Below, piece after piece: positions 58,254 to 64,000 of a stretch of 64,000 nt of DNA. Positions within the stretch are counted from its first letter, which is position 1. Every line of letters starts with the position of its first letter. The stretch spans positions 2,400,001 through 2,464,000 of the forward strand of contig OZ252098.1 in the NCBI GenBank assembly GCA_965248355.1. The letters run 5' to 3'. A program made the translations under genes and the position numbers. Below the pieces are notes generated by a model. The model was not told where the DNA came from, made no database searches, and was given only the letters and a program-made list of their open reading frames with translations. Origin of the DNA: Candidatus Latescibacterota bacterium. GTDB lineage: Bacteria; Latescibacterota; UBA2968; UBA8231.

Positions 58254-59732
58254 TCAGGCCGTCAGGTCGTAGCGCCGGAACCGCCAGTACGCGGCCAGGA
58301 AGCTTGCAGCGGCGAAGCCGGCCAGCACCAGCAGCGGCGCCGAGGCGCGGGCGAGGCTCTCGCCGATGGAATCGCCGGACTCGCGGTAGCGGGGCAAGTG
58401 CTCGAGAGTGGCCTTCGTCGACATGTCGAACCACTCGCGGGATCCGAACCAGCCCTGCTGCTCGTAGAAGGCGATCAGCTGGCCCCGGTAGCTCCGCGCC
58501 GACTCCAGGAAGCGCCAGTAGTCGCCGCGGTCGGTGCGAGCCACGGCCGCCGTGGCCCGGCCGAGGGCGCCCGCGGGGGAGAGCAGGGACAGCCCCGAGG
58601 CCACGGCGTGGAGGCCCTTCATCCCGGTCTCCAGCGGCTCCCATGCTTCCCGCCACACCCGCTCCGCGTAGGCAATCCGCTGCTGCTCCACCTCGGCGAA
58701 GAACGGGCCCAGCGCCCTCACTTTGCGCTCCACATCGGCGTCCTCCGAGTCCTGGGAGAAATCGCCTACGATGTAGCCGTCAGGTCTCCACCGGTTTCTC
58801 GACGAGAACGGCACTCCAAAATCCCCGACCCGGACCTCGTCCTGGCGCTGTTCCATCCACCTGCCGAAGCTCCTGTCGAGTTGATGCTCCAGCCCCCAGG
58901 CCGACCCCGCCGAGAGGCGCGTGCGGGCATAGGCGTCGACGGCGAAGCCGACCACGTTGGGATAGACGGCCACCGCCAGAAGCCACCCGAAGACCGCCAG
59001 GACCAGGGCCGTGGCCGGGCGCCGAGCCCAGGTCGACAGCAGCAGACCGACCGCGTACATGGCCGCCACGTAGAGGCCGGAGGCGGCGAACATGAGGGCC
59101 ACCCGACCGATCTCGCCGGCCCCGAGATGGAGCGCGGGCGAGCTCTGCACGAAGAGCAGGGCCACCACGTAGGTGACGGCCAGCAGCGCCGCGAGCAGCC
59201 CCAGGTGGCCGGCCGCCTTGCCGACCAGGACCTGGTCCCGGGCCACCGGATTGGCCAGCATGAGCCGCAGGGTCCCGCTCGCGCGCTCGCCGCAGACCGC
59301 GTCGTGGGCGAAGAGCAGGGCCAGCAGCCCGAGGATGATCTGCACGATCAGGGAGACGTCGACGCTGCGGAAAAGGGCCATCAAGGGGTTGGAGAGGCCC
59401 ACCCACCTCGAATAGACCGGCACCTCGTGGTGAGTGACCGTGACCTCGTTGCCCTGCCAGCGGTCGGAACCGACGCTGAACACGGCCAGCTGCCGGGGCT
59501 CACGGAAGGCCTTCAGATCGTAGACCAGGCGCGCGTACGGGCCCTCCTGCTCCAGCACCTCGGTCTCGTAGTCCCGGACCTGCTGCAGCCAGGCCTGCCG
59601 GCGCGACTCGTAGTCCTCGATCATGGCCAGGGTGCCGGCGGCCACGGCGACCACGCACAGGATCAGGCCCACGGCGAAGCGCACGGTCAGCAGGGCCTGG
59701 TAGAACTCCTTGCGGGCGATGACGGAGATCAC
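58254..59732 (-). CDS. ABC-2 type transporter permease
   Basis: IARKEF, LFAHDAVCGERASGTLRLMLANPVAR..VLVGK, terminal FRRYD. Confidence 0.88.
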   Translation of the reverse strand: MISVIARKEFYQALLTVRFAVGLILCVVAVAAGTLAMIEDYESRRQAWLQQVRDYETEVLEQEGPYARLVYDLKAFREPRQLAVFSVGSDRWQGNEVTVTHHEVPVYSRWVGLSNPLMALFRSVDVSLIVQIILGLLALLFAHDAVCGERASGTLRLMLANPVARDQVLVGKAAGHLGLLAALLAVTYVVALLFVQSSPALHLGAGEIGRVALMFAASGLYVAAMYAVGLLLSTWARRPATALVLAVFGWLLAVAVYPNVVGFAVDAYARTRLSAGSAWGLEHQLDRSFGRWMEQRQDEVRVGDFGVPFSSRNRWRPDGYIVGDFSQDSEDADVERKVRALGPFFAEVEQQRIAYAERVWREAWEPLETGMKGLHAVASGLSLLSPAGALGRATAAVARTDRGDYWRFLESARSYRGQLIAFYEQQGWFGSREWFDMSTKATLEHLPRYRESGDSIGESLARASAPLLVLAGFAAASFLAAYWRFRRYDLTA

Positions 59733-60043
59733 TGGGACCTGACTGCGGAATGCTCCGACCTGGCACCCTGATGGACGTCCCTGAGCCGACTCTTCAGGTC
59801 GCGGTACACCCGACGTGTCGCCGCAGGACTATCCGCGTTCACCATCACTACTGATCTTTGGGACCGGACGATGAGGAACGGCGGCGTGTCCAGATCAGCG
59901 AAGACCTGACACTCGTCAACCGCTGCCACAGCAAACGCGCCGAGAACCGGCATCGTGAGCACAGCGATCTGGCCACGGGTAAAGGACCCTCGAGAGGAGC
60001 GTCGACGACGTTTGCGAGTTTCGGGACGTTCCGCTTGAGACAT
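59729..60043 (-). CDS. Hypothetical protein
   Basis: SD CAGGAG then ATG; stop overlaps the permease GTG; no recognisable motif. Confidence 0.4.
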   Translation of the reverse strand: MSQAERPETRKRRRRSSRGSFTRGQIAVLTMPVLGAFAVAAVDECQVFADLDTPPFLIVRSQRSVVMVNADSPAATRRVYRDLKSRLRDVHQGARSEHSAVRSQ

Positions 60044-60096
60044 GTTCTCCTGTCCGTTAGAGCCGGCTATAGTGGGTCTCGGTACGCACCTGCACG

Positions 60097-60897
60097 TCAG
60101 GCTCGCCGACGCTCTCCGTTCTTCTTGAGCACCATCTGCCGGAAGCCCCACTCTATCTGAGTGCTTCCTCCTCCCCCGGAGACAATTGCTGCAAGTTCAC
60201 CTTCCAGCGCCCGGATTTCCTGTTCCCCATAGTTGGATTGAATGAAGGGCTGGTTCTTCCAAGACTGGATGTTCATGGTGAACATGGTCGCTGCCTGAAG
60301 GTTGGACACGCCTACCCGTGCGACGCTACTCGTGACCTTCTCCAGGCCGTCGGAGATCTCCATCTGTTCCAGCTCAGGTCCGACACAGAGTTGGGTAGAT
60401 TGGTCGGCCAGGAGAGCCTCCACGATGCCGAGATACCTGGAGAAGACCTGGTGACTGGTTTCAATCCACTCGACCTCTTCCAGCAGCAGGAGCCCGCTGG
60501 GTACCATCTGGCTGGCCCAATTCCGGATCACTTCGCCCGGCTCTCTCAAATGCGTCAGCAAGAGCCGGCAGAACAGGACATCCGCAGGCCCGACGGGAAA
60601 TGGAACCCCAGTCACATCGTGCAGTTGAAACGATATCCTGTCGGTCTCTCCCTCTTTGGCAAGGGAGATGAACCGGTCCGAACTGTCAAGGCCGACGACC
60701 TTGCCTGCCTGCGTCGCTTCTGCGAGCATGTGTGTCGAGTATCCGGGACCGCATCCCAGATCCAATGCCAGTTGAGGACGGTTTCTGACAGATCTCAGGA
60801 TGAATTCTCGGGACGAGGCTGCGTATACTTCGGCCAGGTACTCAAGGCGCTCAGCAGCAAGATTCGTGTCCGTGAATTGGTATTCCGGTGTGCTCAA
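60097..60897 (-). CDS. Class I SAM-dependent methyltransferase (Tam-like)
   Basis: LDLGCGPG, GLDSS, RLLLTHL..P, GLLLLEE. Confidence 0.88.
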   Translation of the reverse strand: MSTPEYQFTDTNLAAERLEYLAEVYAASSREFILRSVRNRPQLALDLGCGPGYSTHMLAEATQAGKVVGLDSSDRFISLAKEGETDRISFQLHDVTGVPFPVGPADVLFCRLLLTHLREPGEVIRNWASQMVPSGLLLLEEVEWIETSHQVFSRYLGIVEALLADQSTQLCVGPELEQMEISDGLEKVTSSVARVGVSNLQAATMFTMNIQSWKNQPFIQSNYGEQEIRALEGELAAIVSGGGGSTQIEWGFRQMVLKKNGERRRA

Positions 60898-60909
60898 CCT
60901 TCGCCCTTG

Positions 60910-61188
60910 TCAGGTTAGCTCGATGCGGAGCTTTTTGCCCAGAGCCCGCACAGCGCGGTCCATTGTCTGCAGCGTTACGGAGGGATTGGACGAGTCAAGC
61001 AGACGGTCCAGCGCTGACCGACTGGTTTCCATGCGCCTGGCCATGGCCGATTTGGACAGCTTGTTTTCCTCCATGAACTGACTCAACTGATATGCAATAA
61101 CGCGCTTCACAGCCGTCGCCTCTGCTTCACTGAGAAGGCCCTCGTCCGTGAGGAACTCATCAAGACTGCTGCCGAGGTGTCCTTTCAT
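60910..61188 (-). CDS. XRE-family antitoxin
   Basis: HLGSSLDEFL..EG...AVKRVIA.QL, SKSAMARRM.TSRS.LDRLLD..N.SVTL.T. Confidence 0.88.
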   Translation of the reverse strand: MKGHLGSSLDEFLTDEGLLSEAEATAVKRVIAYQLSQFMEENKLSKSAMARRMETSRSALDRLLDSSNPSVTLQTMDRAVRALGKKLRIELT

Positions 61189-61437
61189 CGTGCCTCCCGG
61201 AGCATCGTTAGTCTGGATCGTGCCAAAGTGAGATCGCTGGGGGATCTTCTGACTTTTCTTGATGAAACCGTGCAACAAGAGGATGGTGCCACCGTAATAG
61301 ACTGAAGGGTCTTGATTGTCCGCACCAATGATCCTCTTCGCCTCTCGATCCAGGCTGCGCAGCCATGCTCTGACCGGCTCACGCCCTGTCGTCGTACGGA
61401 AGAAGCGAACCGGTAGCGGCCTGTCTCTGTTCACCAT
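61185..61437 (-). pseudogene. RelE/Gp49-like toxin with internal deletion and frameshifts
   Basis: FFRT..GREPVRAWL..L...IIGAD joins almost directly to LLLHGFIKKSQK; the central core is missing; tail DLTLARSRL..LREAR* couples to the antitoxin. Confidence 0.75.
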
Positions 61438-62035
61438 CCCCAATGTACCAATTATGGTACACTCGTCGAGCCATACGAAGATCGAGATTCTCAGGAAACG
61501 AGGCACATCCCGCCACGACTCTCTTGTCTGGGCTATGTCGTCGGGACTCATAGACAGAGGAACTTACGAGGTAGTAGCCCTTGGGCTCTAACATAGCCTT
61601 TAGGCTCTCGAAGACTGACTTGCGCTCTTTGGAGAAAACGATGTGGTTGATGCAGTAGCTATCGACTATCAAGTCAAACTGGCGCCCATTCTGCGGGATC
61701 GCCGTCACGTCCACGACCTCGTATGCAATAGCCAGACCTCGCACGGCGGCTATCTCCCTGGCCTTCCGGATCGCCTCCGGAATCAGATCATAACCCGTCA
61801 CCTTGTAGCCCCGTTCTGCAAGGTACAGGGCCACCGGGCCCACGCCCGTGCCAAGTTCAAGCACCTCTGGATCAGGCGTCTTCAACCGGAGCTTCGGCAA
61901 GGCCATCTCGAGGAATTCCCGAGAGGAGAAGTCGTGGAAATCGATGCCACCATACATTCGCGTTGCCCAATCTTCCAGACCCATCCGGGTCATGATCTCG
62001 TAACGCCGGGCATTTTCGCGAAAGTAGTATCTCAC
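61379..62035 (-). CDS. Class I SAM-dependent methyltransferase, probably C-terminally truncated
   Basis: VLELGTGVG, VTGYD, FDLIVD..C..HI, L.PKGY; the tail runs through the TA operator and overlaps the toxin remnant. Confidence 0.7.
   Translation of the reverse strand: MRYYFRENARRYEIMTRMGLEDWATRMYGGIDFHDFSSREFLEMALPKLRLKTPDPEVLELGTGVGPVALYLAERGYKVTGYDLIPEAIRKAREIAAVRGLAIAYEVVDVTAIPQNGRQFDLIVDSYCINHIVFSKERKSVFESLKAMLEPKGYYLVSSSVYESRRHSPDKRVVAGCASFPENLDLRMARRVYHNWYIGDGEQRQAATGSLLPYDDRA
61444..61461. promoter_or_regulatory. Palindromic operator of the RelE/XRE module
   Basis: TGTACCA-atta-TGGTACA immediately upstream of the toxin start. Confidence 0.6.
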
Positions 62036-62331
62036 TTGTCAACCAGCTGCGGATCGTAGCGCTCGACCTCGATCTCTTCCTCGCGTGCTTGCGCCTGCGC
62101 GACATCGTAGGCCGCCTGCAGTCGTATCCAGGTCGCCGTCGTCGAGCCGAAGGCCTTGGCCAGGCGGACGGCCATGTCGCCGGAAATGCGGGCGTGGCCA
62201 TTCACCAGATTCGACAGGGCCTGACGACTGACCCCCAGGATCTTCGCTCCTTGCGTGACACTGAGACCCAGCGGCTCCAGACAGGACACGCGCACGGCCT
62301 TGCCGGGGTGCGGCGGATTCTTCATGGGCAT
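62032..62331 (-). CDS. higA: HigA family antitoxin
   Basis: MKNPPHPG, LEPLGLSVT..AK.LGVSRQALSNLVNG, MAVRLAKAFG.T..W..LQ..YD. Confidence 0.93.
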   Translation of the reverse strand: MPMKNPPHPGKAVRVSCLEPLGLSVTQGAKILGVSRQALSNLVNGHARISGDMAVRLAKAFGSTTATWIRLQAAYDVAQAQAREEEIEVERYDPQLVDK

Positions 62332-62346
62332 GTGGTTCCTCCCTCT

Positions 62347-62401
62347 GATCGCCGCGCTCGTAGAAGCGCTTGAGCCCACGATGCCGGAAGCTCCGTATCA
62401 T
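62347..62401 (-). pseudogene. HigB toxin N-terminal remnant (18 codons)
   Basis: MIRSFRHRGLKRFYERGD is the typical HigB start and is followed directly by the higA ribosome-binding region. Confidence 0.8.
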
Positions 62402-62407
62402 CCTCGG

Positions 62408-62436
62408 AACGTAATGTGTCAAGCGACACTTGTCAA
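62408..62436 (-). promoter_or_regulatory. Sigma70 promoter with operator for higBA
   Basis: TTGACA-17 bp-TACGTT; the spacer contains the inverted repeat GTGTC-gctt-GACAC. Confidence 0.7.
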
Positions 62437-62501
62437 TGTGTCGATCGCGGACCTGCTTGCAGACAGGCTTCCCGAACCAGGTCGTTTCCCCAGGCGTTCG
62501 C

Positions 62502-63223
62502 CTAGGCGCTCCGCTCCGCCTCCAGCCCGTAAGCGGAGATCTTGGCCAGCAGCGTCTTGCGCGTGATCCCCAGCCGGGCGGCGCCCTCTTGCGGTTGTGG
62601 CCCTCCTCGGCCAGGCCTCGGCGATCGCCGCCGCTCGACCACAGCGAGACGCTCGGCCAGGGTGCCCGCGGTCGGGGTCTCGGACGGACGGCGCAGGCGG
62701 GGCGGCAGGTCGGTCTCGTCCAGCTGTTGGCCGTTGCAGAGGATGGCGGCGCCGCGGATGACGTTCTCTAGCTCGCGGACATTGCCCGGCCAGTTGTAGG
62801 ACCGCAGGAGGTCCATGGAGCCAAGCGTGACGCCTTCCACGGGCCGCTCCAGCTCCGAGCCGACCTGTTGCAGGAAGTGCTCCACGAGCAGGGCAGGTCC
62901 TCCCCGTTCCCGCAGTGGGGGCAGGCGCAGGGAGACGACGTTGAGGCGGTGGAACAGGTCCTCCCGGAAGCCGCCGTCTTCGACCTGCCGGTGCAGGTCC
63001 CGGTTGGTGGCCGCCACGATGCGCACGTCCACGGGGATGGGGGAGGTTCCGCGCTGGTGGACGTACTTGCCACAGCCCCACCTTGTAGCCGTGGGCGCCC
63101 AGCACGTCGGTGTAGGCCGCCTCCCCTTCCAAGTAGAGGGCCGCGCCATCGCCGATGGCCTTCCCGGATCCAGTCGTGAACGCCGTGCTGGGACGGCATG
63201 CGGCCGGTGAGGCAGCTGGCGCG
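62502..63223 (-). pseudogene. Fused relics: sulfatase N-terminal fragment (about 63068-63223) and sigma54 activator C-terminal fragment (about 62502-63045)
   Basis: RASCLTGRMPSQHGVHDW...GY.VGL.GK abuts VDVRIVAATNRDL...FREDLFHRLNV...WPGNVRELEN...AARLGITRKTL; no start, Walker A or GAFTGA. Confidence 0.75.
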
Positions 63224-63225
63224 CA

Positions 63226-64000
63226 CTATCTGGCGACCAGCATCTTGCTGACGATGGAACGACGGCCGGTCTCCACCCGAAGGAAGTAGACTCCTGAGGA
63301 CACCGGCTCCCCCTCGTCGGTGCTCCCGTCCCACAGTATTTCGTGGGTCCCGGCCGGAATCGGCCCACGCACCAGGCTACGGACCTGTTGCCCGGCGGTG
63401 TTGTACACCGACATGGAGACCCTGTCCCCGGTCAGGTTGGCCCCAAGCCGGATCGCCACGCTCGAGTTGAACGGATTGGGATAGACGGCCACCTCCGGGC
63501 CGGCCCCATCCTCCGGGTCGCACTTGTCCCATGCCACATTGGTCGGGCTAGAGTCGAAGCCACGGTTGAGGAAAGTGTACACCCCGCCGGTCTGCCGGGC
63601 CGCGGGCTCGAGCACCACCGCGTCGGGCCAGCCGTCCCCGTTCAGGTCGCCCACCATCACCTCCGTGCCCCGCCCCTCCAAGGCGTACCTGCCTTCTGAA
63701 GCCAGTCTCCCTCCCTCTCTCCCTGCATAGACCACCAGCGCCGGAGATCGCACGCTGCCGTCCACGAACAGCAGATCCGAACGCCCATCCAGGTTCAGGT
63801 CCGCTACCTGCACGCTCCTCACCCTCGCCCTCGCGTCCAGCGTGTCCTCGATCACCGTGCCGTCGCCTGCATTGCGTAGCACCAACAGGCCAACAAGAAC
63901 ACTGTCCTGATCGGCGACGAGATCGGTGTCACGATCGCCGTCGATGTCTCCGGCGTACCTCACTTGGTCATAGGGGACCCTCGAGGAGAAACGACTCTCG
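63226..64000 (-). CDS. FG-GAP/VCBS repeat protein with C-terminal FlgD-Ig/sorting domain (5' end outside window)
   Basis: GDIDGDRDTDL, ADLNLDGRSDL, GDLNGDGWPD repeats; YPNPFN...WDG...SSGVYFLR...KMLVAR. Confidence 0.88.
   Translation of the reverse strand, partial: ESRFSSRVPYDQVRYAGDIDGDRDTDLVADQDSVLVGLLVLRNAGDGTVIEDTLDARARVRSVQVADLNLDGRSDLLFVDGSVRSPALVVYAGREGGRLASEGRYALEGRGTEVMVGDLNGDGWPDAVVLEPAARQTGGVYTFLNRGFDSSPTNVAWDKCDPEDGAGPEVAVYPNPFNSSVAIRLGANLTGDRVSMSVYNTAGQQVRSLVRGPIPAGTHEILWDGSTDEGEPVSSGVYFLRVETGRRSIVSKMLVAR

Noticed and set aside
60056..61592. GTTAGAG (60056) and CTCTAAC (61586) as a possible minus-strand integron cassette
   Set aside because: No attC hairpin next to either; one lies in methyltransferase coding sequence and the other next to a ribosome-binding site.
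1..64000. CRISPR array, cas genes, rRNA, prophage structural genes, reverse transcriptase
   Set aside because: No regularly spaced repeat-spacer units or matching protein motifs seen by eye.

Overview
High-GC bacterial chromosomal window. Three secreted proteins with a C-terminal 'PNPFN...GVY...K(M/L)LL' FlgD-Ig/sorting-type domain, PhyH dioxygenases, GHL10-like proteins, CBM9/DUF5916 proteins and an ankyrin protein suggest a Ca. Latescibacterota-like, possibly sponge-associated organism (inference only). Core and metabolic content: catabolic operons, a UbiD-family decarboxylase, an amidase, a TonB receptor with a DUF4249 lipoprotein, rpsU, rnd, the Na+-pumping oxaloacetate decarboxylase oadG-oadB-oadA, ABC permeases and tRNA-Glu(TTC). 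Mobile and accessory content: an IS630, an IS3-family element with GG..CC ends and a GAC target duplication splitting an AAA ATPase gene, an HTH-ImmA/IrrE + DUF4411 islet next to the tRNA, and an ABC-ATPase + DUF4276-like pair. Most notable: (1) an integrase-less integron cassette array at about 49.0-50.7 kb with an attI-like site and two branched attC sites whose cores match the cassette starts; (2) a sigma54-driven 39-aa hydrophobic peptide next to it; (3) four toxin-antitoxin modules with the toxin deleted and the antitoxin intact; (4) two small gene islets bracketed by direct repeats of host-gene 3' ends. Several single-base frameshifts may be long-read consensus errors. All family assignments are by eye from motifs, with no database search.
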